Below, in pieces: positions 53,400-63,235 of a DNA stretch of 64,000 nucleotides; the stretch's first letter is position 1; the number at the start of each line of letters is the position of its first letter. This stretch comes from an uncultured Gammaproteobacteria bacterium (GTDB lineage Bacteria > Patescibacteriota > Microgenomatia > Daviesbacterales > UBA10151): NCBI GenBank assembly GCA_964504985.1, contig CAZDFU010000001.1:21752-85751 (forward strand), in the 5' to 3' direction. The position numbers and the translations under genes are program-made. The notes beneath the pieces are model-generated. The model was not told the DNA's origin, ran no database searches, and saw only the letters and a program-made list of their open reading frames with translations.

Positions 53400-54233
53400 C
53401 TATTTATCTAAAAGTCCTACGCCTTTGGCGTTTAATTTGGTTACTACTTTTTTCCCGGTTCTTCTTTCTAATGTCTTTCTTGCCAAACCGGCAATTGAGC
53501 CACCATCTTTGGCTACTTTTTTATTCTCTGCAAAGTTTTTTGGTTCGACCTTTTTTGAGATTTCTGTAGTGGAAGCTTCTGCCAACATATTGAGAACCAG
53601 TTCCAAATTGGTCATATTATCCCGTAAGTTTTCTTTCTTTAGTCCTTTTAGTTTTTTGTAGTCTTTTGTTCTCATTCCTGCCCAGGCAAAAGTGATTTCA
53701 TCAGTAAGGGTGGCAAATTGGCTGTTTTCTCTAACACCTCTTTGCTCCCATTCATCGGTTAGTTCTTTTCTAATCTCAATGCTTTTTAATCTTTGATTAA
53801 TCCAGTTTTGGGAATACCCACGCTTGAGATAAAAGTGCATTGCCCGCTGGATAGCTTTTTCTGGATCTTCTGATTCTTCAACCCGTTCGTAACCCACTCT
53901 GGCTAACCATAATTTAAATGGTTCGGCATTTGGAGACGGAATTGACTGGATAATCCGAAATACAGTCTCTGTATCAGCTACATCAGTCAATCTTAACTTA
54001 CCATCAGCTGCAAGCATTTTCAACCGGTGACATTTTGTCACCACTTCACTTCCTTCCTTTCGAAGTCTTTCTGCTAACTTATTCCAATATTTACGGGCTT
54101 TAATAAAATTAGCTTGATTCGATAATACTTGGACTACATCGACTACTGAGAAATACCATTTTTCTTTACTTTTATCCCAATGTCTGCGGATTTTTTTACC
54201 CTCAAAAACTGCGAGCTTAGTAGTTTTTACCAC
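53400..54233 (-). CDS. dinD: DinD-like DNA-damage-inducible protein with Bro-N domain
   Basis: N-terminal FEGKKIRRHWDKSKEKWYFSVVDVVQVL (Bro-N). C-terminal KKLKGLKKENLRDNMTNLELVLNMLAEASTTE parallels E. coli DinD RKGLKKNQKILDHMGSTELAANLFRATQTEE. Opposite strand to the surrounding pilus genes. Confidence 0.6.
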   Translation of the reverse strand: MVKTTKLAVFEGKKIRRHWDKSKEKWYFSVVDVVQVLSNQANFIKARKYWNKLAERLRKEGSEVVTKCHRLKMLAADGKLRLTDVADTETVFRIIQSIPSPNAEPFKLWLARVGYERVEESEDPEKAIQRAMHFYLKRGYSQNWINQRLKSIEIRKELTDEWEQRGVRENSQFATLTDEITFAWAGMRTKDYKKLKGLKKENLRDNMTNLELVLNMLAEASTTEISKKVEPKNFAENKKVAKDGGSIAGLARKTLERRTGKKVVTKLNAKGVGLLDK

Positions 54234-54348
54234 AAAGCTATTGTAGCAGATTTTTTTGTGTAAATTTTACCTGTTATTTACTAATAATCCCCTTTTTTCA
54301 TACTTGTTTCTTGACAATTCAGAAGATTTATTACACTATGATATTAAG

Positions 54349-54888
54349 GTGAAAAAATCTGCCCTGAGTGAACGGAGTAAATCAAAGGGTTTTACTTTAG
54401 TTGAATTACTTGTTGTTATTACGATTCTTGCTATTTTGATGACAATTGGCATTGCTGTTTATTCCGGTGTACAAAAAAATGCCAGGGATGTAAGAAGAAA
54501 AACCGATCTGCGTTCTATTAAAGTGGCTTTAGAGCTATACTACCAAACTAATGGTAAATATCCAAATAGAGATTGGGTTTATTCCACCACCGCACAACCC
54601 TGGATCCCGGAACTCACCTCTGATTATATGAGTCAAGGTGTGCCAACAGATCCTTTTAACAGCGGAAATGGAGGTCCATGGACTGGAACTACTAATTACA
54701 GGTATGCTTATTGGGCATTAGCTTGTGGTGGATTCCCTGCAGGCCAGTTTTATGTGCTGGTTGCACAGCTTGAAAATAAGACTGATGGAGATAATCTTGC
54801 GCACAAAAATAATAAATGGTGCGATGGTAATGGACTTTATTCTAGTAGTGGTTGGAGTGGTTCTGCTTATGTTATCACGAGTCTTTAA
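54349..54888 (+). CDS. type IV prepilin/pseudopilin paralog
   Basis: VKKSALSERSKSKG|FTLVELLVVITILAILMTIGIAVY; GTG start shortly after a TTGACA-containing promoter-like sequence; the ORF-track ATG start gives an implausibly long leader. Confidence 0.55.
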   Translation: MKKSALSERSKSKGFTLVELLVVITILAILMTIGIAVYSGVQKNARDVRRKTDLRSIKVALELYYQTNGKYPNRDWVYSTTAQPWIPELTSDYMSQGVPTDPFNSGNGGPWTGTTNYRYAYWALACGGFPAGQFYVLVAQLENKTDGDNLAHKNNKWCDGNGLYSSSGWSGSAYVITSL

Positions 54889-54890
54889 TG

Positions 54891-55394
54891 GAAAAGCTGA
54901 CAGCTTACTATAAACATTGGATTTCCTTAAAGGATAAAAAAAACGGTTTCACCTTAGTTGAGATATTGGTGGTGATTTCCATAATTGCAGTTTTGGCAGC
55001 TATCGGGCTTTCTATTTACCAGCCTGTTGTAAAACGCTCCAGGGATTCTAAAAGAATATCTGATTTAAAATTAATCCAATCCTCTTTAGAGGATTATCAT
55101 GCAGACCAGCTGTATTATCCAGCAATTGGCACAGGTTTTTGTCCTGCTGAATCTGATGGCAGATTCAGGGTTGGTTGTCCATTAACCAGCCCTGATAGGA
55201 CAAAAAAATATCTAAACCTTGTGCCTAAAGATCCTCTGGGGACAACAGAATATTTTTATATGCCAAGCGGTTGTTCTTCAAACGAATGCAGGAGTTATTG
55301 TTTGTTTGCCAATATGGAAGGTACTGCTCCTGTTTCTGAGCCTGGATGCAGATTCCCCAGTGATTTATATGATTTTGGCGTGAGCAGGCCGTAA
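54891..55394 (+). CDS. type IV prepilin paralog
   Basis: MEKLTAYYKHWISLKDKKNG|FTLVEILVVISIIAVLAAIGLSIY. Confidence 0.55.
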   Translation, partial: EKLTAYYKHWISLKDKKNGFTLVEILVVISIIAVLAAIGLSIYQPVVKRSRDSKRISDLKLIQSSLEDYHADQLYYPAIGTGFCPAESDGRFRVGCPLTSPDRTKKYLNLVPKDPLGTTEYFYMPSGCSSNECRSYCLFANMEGTAPVSEPGCRFPSDLYDFGVSRP

Positions 55395-55454
55395 AGCTAA
55401 CGGGACAAGAAAGCCCACCTGGAAGGTGTAGTGCTGATATGTTACTGTTATAGT

Positions 55455-55967
55455 ATGCCTGTTTCCAGAACTGGATATACTCTTATTGAGCTTTTAGTAG
55501 TAATATCCATACTTTCAGTAATGGCTGTGGTGGGGTTTATTAATTTTAACTTTTTTGCCAGTACTCAGATAATATCTAAGGCTGCAGGACAAATTCAAAC
55601 GCTTTTGAGGCTGGCTCAAAGTAATGCCACCTCATCCACGCTTTGTAATAACCAGGGGGCAACATCCTGGTCATTAAGGTTTGTAAATACTTCAACAATT
55701 GAACTCCGCTGCAATGGCGCTTCTGATACTTTGCAAAAAACCTATAATTTGGAAAATGCCAGAGTACAGATTCAGTGTTCAGGCATTGAATATGCTGTTT
55801 TAAGACTTCCTGCTGCTTTTACTTATTCAAGCGGGGCGGGTACGCTTACTACTGCTTGCCCCTCATCTTCCCAAACAATTATTTTTACTATTACCAATAG
55901 TTTAAATCCTAATACTGCCCCAAAAACTTTTAAGTTATCCAGAGGAGGAGCTATAGATGTACAGTGA
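55455..55967 (+). CDS. minor pilin-like protein
   Basis: MPVSRTG|YTLIELLVVISILSVMAVVG. Confidence 0.5.
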   Translation: MPVSRTGYTLIELLVVISILSVMAVVGFINFNFFASTQIISKAAGQIQTLLRLAQSNATSSTLCNNQGATSWSLRFVNTSTIELRCNGASDTLQKTYNLENARVQIQCSGIEYAVLRLPAAFTYSSGAGTLTTACPSSSQTIIFTITNSLNPNTAPKTFKLSRGGAIDVQ

Positions 55968-56463
55968 AAAAGGACAAACTTTGATGGAGCTTGTGGTAGT
56001 AGTTGGGGTTTCTGCAATTGTGGTTGGGGCATTGGTTTTTGCTACCATAGCCTCTCTTAGGAATGCCCAATTTTCCAAAAACCAAGCTCAGGCTACTAAG
56101 TTAGCCCAGGAAGGAATTGAGAGGGTTAGGGCAGGCAGGGATAGGAATAAAGCTATTTCCAATTTCACGACAGGGTCTGGGAATGCAGTAGCTAATTGGC
56201 AGGATGATGATTTGTGGGTTAACCTAGATAAAAACTACTATTTTAATGTTGCAGCAGATGGGGTTTTGACTTATTTGGTTCCTCAGCCTGCCCAGACAGG
56301 AATTGCTGCTTCAGGTGAGTCCATAGGGTCTTTTTACCGGATAGTGATTTTATCTGATGATGCAGCTTTTTCAGTCCAAAAAACTGTGACAGTGCAAGTT
56401 TCCTGGACTGATTTTTCTGGACCGCATCAATCAAAATTAACAACAATATTAAGAAAACTATGA
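55957..56463 (+). CDS. minor pilin-like protein
   Basis: MYSEKGQ|TLMELVVVVGVSAIVVGALVF. Confidence 0.45.
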   Translation: MYSEKGQTLMELVVVVGVSAIVVGALVFATIASLRNAQFSKNQAQATKLAQEGIERVRAGRDRNKAISNFTTGSGNAVANWQDDDLWVNLDKNYYFNVAADGVLTYLVPQPAQTGIAASGESIGSFYRIVILSDDAAFSVQKTVTVQVSWTDFSGPHQSKLTTILRKL

Positions 56464-57119
56464 ACCGGACTAATAACTCTGAACTAATAACTAAGAACTT
56501 ATTAGGTTTTACTTTGGTGGAGATTCTGGTAGTAATGGCAGTACTTTCTATCTTTGGGACGCTTGTGGTAACTATTTTTAGCCGTACTTTAACAGGCAGT
56601 AATAAATCGCAGCTGATTGGTGTGATAAAGCAAAACGGACAGGCTGTTTTGGATAAAATAGATAAAACTGCCAGGAATGCTGATTATGTTTGTGTAAGCA
56701 CTGATAATAAAACCCTGGTAACAGTTAAAGATGGTATTAATACCCGCTACAGGTTTATCCCTTCTGCCCCGCTTTCTAATCCTACTTCTTCTGGTTTGAT
56801 TCAACAGGACAATCCTACAAGCAATCAAGGAGAGACTACCCCGGATTTTATGGATAGAGTATGCGGGAATACGAGTGATATGATAAACCCTGTTGTATTA
56901 ACTGATACCAACGCTCAAACAGGGGTTTCTGTTGATTGTGTTGCTGTAAATGGCGCCCCCGATTGCGGAGCTAACCCTGTATTTTATAGAGAAAGTTCAG
57001 AAGGGTTTATGGATCAGGTGACTATTAAGTTTGATCTGCGCCCGGGGGTGCGTATACCTGATGCAGTATCAAGCCAGGTTGGTTCAATAACATTTCAGAC
57101 AACAATACAACTAAGATGA
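56460..57119 (+). CDS. type IV prepilin paralog
   Basis: MNRTNNSELITKNLLG|FTLVEILVVMAVLSIFG; the leader peptide is encoded by a copy of the AACTCTGAACTAATAACTAA repeat. Confidence 0.55.
   Translation: MNRTNNSELITKNLLGFTLVEILVVMAVLSIFGTLVVTIFSRTLTGSNKSQLIGVIKQNGQAVLDKIDKTARNADYVCVSTDNKTLVTVKDGINTRYRFIPSAPLSNPTSSGLIQQDNPTSNQGETTPDFMDRVCGNTSDMINPVVLTDTNAQTGVSVDCVAVNGAPDCGANPVFYRESSEGFMDQVTIKFDLRPGVRIPDAVSSQVGSITFQTTIQLR
56470..56497. repeat. AACTCTGAACTAATAACTAA repeat element, copy b (coding, pilin leader)
   Basis: ACTAATAACTCTGAACTAATAACTAAGAAC. Confidence 0.55.
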
Positions 57120-58027
57120 ACGAAAAAGGCCAGGTAGTACTGCTTTTAATTCTGGTGATGACTGTGGCTTTGGCTATTGGATTATCAATTGTCCAAAAAA
57201 GCCTGGTGGATGTTTCTACATCCTCTAAGGTGGAACAATCCTCCAGGGCTTTTTCAGCAGCTGAGGCAGGCATTGAGAAAGCCCTGCAAGGAAGCAGTGA
57301 GCCTGTTAACTTTTCTGACAGCGGTTCAAGTATTAAAGAGATTACAGGTACAGAAGAATTGCCTTGTGTGCCAGGACAGGCTGGATGTATCCAAACAGCG
57401 GGACGGCAAGTTGCGCTGGAATATCCTCCTTTGGCTAAAGAGGATGCGGTTCAGGTATGGCTGGCAAGCCCTAAGGCCAGTTTACCTAATTGTGCTGGTT
57501 TTATTTGTTACACTCAACCCACTCTTGATATCTATTGGGGGAATTCTCAGCAAGACAAAGCAGCTTTGGAATTAACTCTTGTTTACTTTGGAAAGGACCC
57601 TCAGGATCCGGTCCCTGCTGAAAGAAACAGGGATAAATATAGAAGTTATAAGTGGTACCTAGATAACCTTTCTGTTAGCCGGAATAATGGGTTTGAGAAG
57701 GTAAATTGTCAGGACAGGCAGATTGGGACAACTATCTATACCTGCAATAAAAGGCTGGATTTTGCACCGGTTTATCAAAAAGACGCTGCCAATAAGTTAA
57801 TGCTTATTAGGGCCAGGTTACTTTATAATAACACCTCTCAACCTTTTGCTGCGCAGGCAACAGGGACTTGCGGGGCAGCTTGTTCACTCCCCCCTCAGGC
57901 CAGATCAATTACTTCCACCGGCGTTTCAGGGGAGACTCAGCGGAAAGTCAGGCTATTTCAGCAATATAATGTAGTTCCTCCTTATTTTGATTATGCTATC
58001 TTTTCTGCAGCAGCTATAACGAAATAG
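57116..58027 (+). CDS. PilX-like minor pilin
   Basis: MNEKGQVVLLLILVMTVALAIGLSIV N-terminus typical of PilX. Confidence 0.45.
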   Translation: MNEKGQVVLLLILVMTVALAIGLSIVQKSLVDVSTSSKVEQSSRAFSAAEAGIEKALQGSSEPVNFSDSGSSIKEITGTEELPCVPGQAGCIQTAGRQVALEYPPLAKEDAVQVWLASPKASLPNCAGFICYTQPTLDIYWGNSQQDKAALELTLVYFGKDPQDPVPAERNRDKYRSYKWYLDNLSVSRNNGFEKVNCQDRQIGTTIYTCNKRLDFAPVYQKDAANKLMLIRARLLYNNTSQPFAAQATGTCGAACSLPPQARSITSTGVSGETQRKVRLFQQYNVVPPYFDYAIFSAAAITK

Positions 58028-58029
58028 TT

Positions 58030-58446
58030 ATGAAGGATAACCAAAAAGGCGTGTCTTTAATTGAATCTTTAATGGTGGTGGTGTTGGTGGGTGTGATGGT
58101 GTTTTTAATGGCAAATTTACCAAATGCCATGAATTTAATAACTAAAAGTAAAAATATGAGTTTAGCCAGGGAAATTGCTGCCAAAGAAATAGAAGATAAA
58201 AGAAATACCGCATATGCTAATTTAGCAGCAGATGATTCACTTATTGAAGACCCAAGGATTAGTTTGCTTCCTCAGGGTTCGGGAAAAGTTAAAGTGGAGT
58301 TTTGTGACCCTATAACTTTCCCCCAATTTTGTCCAAATGATGAGCAAATAAAGATTGTGACGGTTTTTATTTCCTGGAGAGAAAATAATAAAGATCAGAA
58401 AGTTGATATAAAAACCTTTATCGGGGAAGGAGGGCTCAATCAATGA
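58030..58446 (+). CDS. minor pilin (PilV-like)
   Basis: MKDNQKGVSLIESLMVVVLVGVM. Confidence 0.45.
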   Translation: MKDNQKGVSLIESLMVVVLVGVMVFLMANLPNAMNLITKSKNMSLAREIAAKEIEDKRNTAYANLAADDSLIEDPRISLLPQGSGKVKVEFCDPITFPQFCPNDEQIKIVTVFISWRENNKDQKVDIKTFIGEGGLNQ

Positions 58447-59000
58447 AATGGAAATCTAAAAGGGGTTTAACGCTTGTGGAAGTCTTAATTGCTATGGGGA
58501 TAGCGGTTGTGGTGGCAGGGCTGCTTTTGGTAATCATGCTTAATAGCGCAGGGCTTTATTATAAACAGTCTTCAAAGCTTCAGGGAGGGTTAAATAGCAA
58601 CGATGCGCTTTTTAAGATCAGACAGTCTGTTAAGGAAGCAGGCAGTATCAGCCCGTTATCTTCTTCAGAGCAGCTTATTTTAAAGATTTCCTCAATTGAT
58701 TCATCAGGCGGTATTATTGCCAATGCTTATGATGATTTTATTTTTTTGAAAGATCAGAAAAACCTGCGTTTTAGGATTATTCCGGCAGCAGGAGTAAGTT
58801 CCAGGTTTTCCCAGGATCAAATTTTTTCAACAAATGTGGAAAGTGTAACTTTTCAATATTTTAACTTGGCAAATCCCCCTTTGGAGGTAAGTCCTGAGCT
58901 TGCCAGCAAAGTCAGGGTTAGTTTAACTTTAAAGCAAAAATCAGGTGCAGATTATGAGGCAATTATTGCAACATCTGAGGCAAGTTTAAGAAATGACTGA
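58443..59000 (+). CDS. minor pilin (PilW-like)
   Basis: MKWKSKRG|LTLVEVLIAMGIAVVVAGLLLV. Confidence 0.5.
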   Translation: MKWKSKRGLTLVEVLIAMGIAVVVAGLLLVIMLNSAGLYYKQSSKLQGGLNSNDALFKIRQSVKEAGSISPLSSSEQLILKISSIDSSGGIIANAYDDFIFLKDQKNLRFRIIPAAGVSSRFSQDQIFSTNVESVTFQYFNLANPPLEVSPELASKVRVSLTLKQKSGADYEAIIATSEASLRND

Positions 59001-59028
59001 ATTAGTTATTAGTTATTAGTTCAGAGTT
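59001..59028. repeat. AACTCTGAACTAATAACTAATAACTAATT repeat element, copy c (reverse orientation)
   Basis: ATTAGTTATTAGTTATTAGTTCAGAGTT, the reverse complement of copy a, lying between two pilus genes. Confidence 0.6.
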
Positions 59029-59035
59029 ATGAGTT

Positions 59036-60883
59036 ATGAGTAAATACAAAAACAAAAAAACTAATAACCAGAATGGACAGATACTGGTTATTATCTTTGT
59101 GGCTTTGGGAGTGGTGTTATTTTCTGTACTATCAATTGTGGCAGGAGCACAGATTTATTTTCAGAATGCCCAGCATTCTATTGAAGCTGAAAAAGCAGTG
59201 GCTTTGGCTGAGGCTGCTTTGGATAAAGCCATAACCTCTTTAAATAAAACAGGAGGAAGTTATGATGGTGAGGAAGATATTGCTCTAGGTGAAGGCACAT
59301 ATTCTATTAACATTACCTCCCCTAACGCTGCCACTAAATTGATTGAAGCTACGGGTTTTATACCGGATAAAGATAATGCCAAAGTTAAAAGAACCATCAA
59401 AATTACTGCTTCAAGAGGCACAGGAGTGTCTTTTGTTTATGGGATGCAAGTTGGGGAAGGAGGGTTGGAGCTTGGGAATGGGAATTTAGTTAAGGGGTCA
59501 ATTTATTCTAATGGAAATATTGAGATGGGTGAAAATAATACTATTACAGGAGATGCCTGGGTGGCAGCAGGGGTTCCCCCAACAGCCAATCAGCAAACAG
59601 ATTGTCAAACATGTTCGGATTTCCATTTTGGGAAAAGTATTGAAGGGCAAAGCAGATTGGATATTACCCAAAGTTTCAAGCCTTCTGTTTCTGATAAAAT
59701 TAGAAAGATTTCCCTTAAGGTTAAAAAAATAGGCCCAGGTCCTCATTCAGATCTTAGTGTCAGGATAATAAAAGATAATGGCGGAAAGCCTGGAAAAAAT
59801 CCCAGTGATATTTTAGCAACAGGTACGCTAAGTAATATGCTTGTTACACAAGAGTATGGTTTTATAGATGTGACTTTTTCCAGCAACCCTGCCTTATCAG
59901 CAGAAGAAACTTACTGGATAATGGTAGATACTTCATCTAACGTGGTAAATTATTGGTCCTGGCAAAACGATAGTGCAGCAAGTTACAACCGGGGGCAACC
60001 CAAATGGTCTCCTGATTGGAGCGCCGGCAATCCTGTCTGGAATGATTTAACAGGAGGCCCTAACTTAAACGAGCTGAGTTTTAAAGTCTATATGGGCGGG
60101 ACTACAACTTCCCTTTCAGGAGGAAATAATACTACAGTTTTAGGTGATGTGCATGCAAACACAGTAGATGGGCTTATAGTAGGAAAAGATGCTTATTATC
60201 AGGCTATAACTGATTCAACTGTCAGCGGTAGTTCTTGCCCTAACGTGCATTGCCATCCAGGGTCTGAGGATCCCCCGCCTCAAAACTTTCCTATTTCTGA
60301 GGCAAATATAGCTGGATGGAAAACTGATGCAGAGGATTCAGGTTCTCTTTCCCAGCCAACTTGCGGCTCAGAGGCAGCCTGGGGACCTGGTAAATATACA
60401 GGAAACCTTACGCTGGGTAACTCATGTGTTATTAAAGTTAAAACCCCTATCTGGATAACAGGGGATCTAACCATGGGAAATGAGAATAGATTTATTCTTG
60501 ATTCTTCTTTTGGAACCTCCTCAGGTGTAATAATCCTAGGGACTAGTGGAACCAGCGGAAAAGCTACCATGGGTAACCAGAATAAACTAATTGGTACAGG
60601 AGAAGAAAATAGCATCTTAGTGCTTCTTTCAACTTATGATTCCAGAACGAATGATGAGAAAGCCATTAGTATGGGGAATATAGGCAACAGCGGGGTCTTT
60701 TATGCTGATAAAGGCATAATTGATCCTGGTAATAGAAATAATTTTAAAGAGATAACTGCCTGGAAAATAAAATTAACCAATGAATCTACTATAGATTATG
60801 AAACAGGCTTGGCTTCTATCCTTTTTTCTTCAGGACCCTCAGGATCTTATTCTTTGGTTAAAGGAACATACCAGGTTAAATAA
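59036..60883 (+). CDS. large pilus-associated protein with PilX-like N-terminal anchor (tip/adhesin candidate)
   Basis: N-terminal TM helix QILVIIFVALGVVLFSVLSIVAGAQIY followed by 580 aa of Gly/Asn/Thr-rich beta-type sequence; encoded at the end of the minor-pilin array. Confidence 0.4.
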   Translation: MSKYKNKKTNNQNGQILVIIFVALGVVLFSVLSIVAGAQIYFQNAQHSIEAEKAVALAEAALDKAITSLNKTGGSYDGEEDIALGEGTYSINITSPNAATKLIEATGFIPDKDNAKVKRTIKITASRGTGVSFVYGMQVGEGGLELGNGNLVKGSIYSNGNIEMGENNTITGDAWVAAGVPPTANQQTDCQTCSDFHFGKSIEGQSRLDITQSFKPSVSDKIRKISLKVKKIGPGPHSDLSVRIIKDNGGKPGKNPSDILATGTLSNMLVTQEYGFIDVTFSSNPALSAEETYWIMVDTSSNVVNYWSWQNDSAASYNRGQPKWSPDWSAGNPVWNDLTGGPNLNELSFKVYMGGTTTSLSGGNNTTVLGDVHANTVDGLIVGKDAYYQAITDSTVSGSSCPNVHCHPGSEDPPPQNFPISEANIAGWKTDAEDSGSLSQPTCGSEAAWGPGKYTGNLTLGNSCVIKVKTPIWITGDLTMGNENRFILDSSFGTSSGVIILGTSGTSGKATMGNQNKLIGTGEENSILVLLSTYDSRTNDEKAISMGNIGNSGVFYADKGIIDPGNRNNFKEITAWKIKLTNESTIDYETGLASILFSSGPSGSYSLVKGTYQVK

Positions 60884-60945
60884 AACCCGGATAACTTGTT
60901 ACTTGTCATGGGTTACAAGTTACCTGTAAAATGTAATTACTGCCT

Positions 60946-61983
60946 ATGGGAAAAATTTCCGTTGGTTTAGACATTGGTTTTTCATCAATTAAAGTTGTTG
61001 CCCTGTCAAAAGAAGATAAGGCTTTTAAGTTAATCTCCCTTGGCTCTGTAGCCACCCCTCAACCAGGTATGTTATCAGATGCAGATTCTGATTTAGAAAC
61101 TGTGGCTGTTGCTATTAGAAACCTTCTGGCTGCTACTCACCTTGAAGGTAAGGAGGTAATTACAGCTTTGCCTGAATCAAAAGTTTTTACAAGGGTTATT
61201 GATGATTTGCCTTATCTAACTGACAATGAACTTTCATCTGCCATCCGTTATGCAGCTGAGGAGTTTATCCCCATGCCTTTAGCAGATGTTAATTTAAATT
61301 GGCAGGTGCTGGCCCGGTCTGAGGAGAAAGGCAAACAAACAAAGACCATAGTTTTGGTGGTAGCCTCACCCAGAAATATAGTAGCAAAATATATTAAAAT
61401 TTTGGAATTGGCAGGGATTAAGCCAAAGGCTTTGGAAACTGAGATTATTGCTGTGACCAGGTCTTTGGTGGGAAATAACCCCTTCTCCCCTTCTACTTTA
61501 ATTGTGCATCTTGGTGCAACAACCACAGACTTTGCTGCAGTCTCCAAAGGATTGATCTGGTTAACACGTTCAATTTCATCTGGCGGTACCGCTTTAACAA
61601 GAGCTTTAGCCCAGCACTTTAATTTTGAAACCAGCCAGGCTGAGGAATATAAAAAGGTTTATGGGATGCTGGAAGATCAACTTGAAGGAAAGGTTTTTGA
61701 GGTTTTAAAGCCTGTTGAGGATATTATTGTTTCCGAGTCAAAAAGAGTGATACAAGCCTTTGAAGCAAAGTACTCTCAAAACTCCATCAAAAGAGTAGTG
61801 CTTTCCGGAGGCGGAGCAAAAATGCCGGGGGCAGTTTTATATTTTGCCAATAATTTAGGTCTTGAGGTTCAGGAAGCTGATCCCTGGTATTCAATAATTA
61901 AGGAAAAGTCTCTTTTGCCCAAATTGTCACAGGAGGCAACATTTTATTCTGTGGCGGTTGGGCTTGCATTAAGGGAGGATTAA
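60946..61983 (+). CDS. pilM: type IV pilus assembly protein PilM (actin-like ATPase fold)
   Basis: ISVGLDIGFSSIKVVAL...VLSGGGAKMPG. Confidence 0.8.
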   Translation: MGKISVGLDIGFSSIKVVALSKEDKAFKLISLGSVATPQPGMLSDADSDLETVAVAIRNLLAATHLEGKEVITALPESKVFTRVIDDLPYLTDNELSSAIRYAAEEFIPMPLADVNLNWQVLARSEEKGKQTKTIVLVVASPRNIVAKYIKILELAGIKPKALETEIIAVTRSLVGNNPFSPSTLIVHLGATTTDFAAVSKGLIWLTRSISSGGTALTRALAQHFNFETSQAEEYKKVYGMLEDQLEGKVFEVLKPVEDIIVSESKRVIQAFEAKYSQNSIKRVVLSGGGAKMPGAVLYFANNLGLEVQEADPWYSIIKEKSLLPKLSQEATFYSVAVGLALRED

Positions 61984-61984
61984 A

Positions 61985-62527
61985 ATGAAGATTGCTATAG
62001 ATTTACTTCCACAGGAATTTAGGATTGAGGAGATAAAAAGGGCAAGGTTTTATAAAATTCAAGCTGTTGGAGTGGTGGTTATAATCCTGGTGGTTTTTTT
62101 GACATCTATAACAATATCGCTCCGGTTCCTGCAAAGTCAAAATATAACTGCGGTTCAAACTAAACTGAGTGGAGTTGAAAAAAGAGTTCAGGAACTAAAT
62201 AACATTCAAGCCTCCCTGCTTTTATTAAAAGATAGATTAAAGGTTATAAATAAATATTTGGAGACTCCCTCAGAAGAGGTTCAAGCCTACCAATTAATAT
62301 CTCAACTGGTGCCTCCCTCTGTTTCTATCAATTCGGTTTCTATTGATAGGGGGAAAGAAATCTTTGTTTTGGCAACAGCTGCAAATGCAACCGCATTAGA
62401 TGAATTAACTGGCAGATTGATTTCCGGGAAAACCAGCCAGGATAAAGTTAAACAGGTTAGTATTGAGAGTTTATCGCGGAGTAAAGATGAATCTATCAGA
62501 TTGAATTTTAAAGTCAAGCTAAAATAA
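61985..62527 (+). CDS. pilN: PilN-like bitopic membrane protein
   Basis: Single N-terminal TM helix, coiled-coil; position after pilM. Confidence 0.5.
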   Translation: MKIAIDLLPQEFRIEEIKRARFYKIQAVGVVVIILVVFLTSITISLRFLQSQNITAVQTKLSGVEKRVQELNNIQASLLLLKDRLKVINKYLETPSEEVQAYQLISQLVPPSVSINSVSIDRGKEIFVLATAANATALDELTGRLISGKTSQDKVKQVSIESLSRSKDESIRLNFKVKLK

Positions 62528-62531
62528 ACCA

Positions 62532-63230
62532 ATGAAAAAAGAAGATATACTTAGATTTTATGGGAAATATAAATTATATATTTTTCCTGCAGTTGTAGGT
62601 TTGGTTTCCCTTTCCCTGGCGTTGCTTGTAATTTATCCTCAGACAGTTAAACTTTTAGTCAACCAACAAAAGATGGGTGAAATTAGCCAGAAAGCAAAAT
62701 TTTTGGAGGCTAAGGCTGATAAACTCGGAGAATATAACCCGGATGATTTAAAACTTAAAGTAGATTATGCAATGATTTCTTATCCTGCTGATAAAGATTT
62801 TGTAAGCACAATGAGTTTGCTTCAGAATATAATTGCACAATCAGGGTTCAGCATTGCCTCTTTGTCTTTGGGGTCTATTAGTGCAGCTAATGAGAAAGCA
62901 TCAAGTTATGGATTTGAGGTAGATGTGTTAGGCTCAGGGTCAAAACTTATTGATTTGCTTGCTAATATAGAAAATTCATACCGGTTGATGCGCGTAACTA
63001 AGGTGGAGACTAGTTTTGAACGCGACTCACAAATAGCAGCCTCTCTAAGCATAGAAGTTTTATATTCAGCTCCTCCCAGTAGTTTTGGCAGTGTTGACTC
63101 TCCTCTTGCAGAGTTATCTGAAAAAGAAGAAGAGGCCTTATCAAAACTGGCAACAGTAAGTAATATTATTTTAGAAGAACAGGAAATGTTTAAACAATCT
63201 CCAAGGGGAAAGCCTAACCCATTTGAATAA
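62532..63230 (+). CDS. pilO: PilO-like bitopic membrane protein
   Basis: Single TM helix plus coiled-coil; gene order pilM-N-O. Confidence 0.45.
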   Translation: MKKEDILRFYGKYKLYIFPAVVGLVSLSLALLVIYPQTVKLLVNQQKMGEISQKAKFLEAKADKLGEYNPDDLKLKVDYAMISYPADKDFVSTMSLLQNIIAQSGFSIASLSLGSISAANEKASSYGFEVDVLGSGSKLIDLLANIENSYRLMRVTKVETSFERDSQIAASLSIEVLYSAPPSSFGSVDSPLAELSEKEEEALSKLATVSNIILEEQEMFKQSPRGKPNPFE

Positions 63231-63235
63231 AATTG

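Noticed and set aside
53371-53661. 96-aa plus-strand ORF
   Set aside because: Antisense overlap with the DinD/Bro-N gene.
54256-54348. ATG at 54256 as the pilin start
   Set aside because: Would give a 45-aa class III leader; the promoter-like TTGACA at 54311 and the GTG at 54349 give a typical 14-aa leader.
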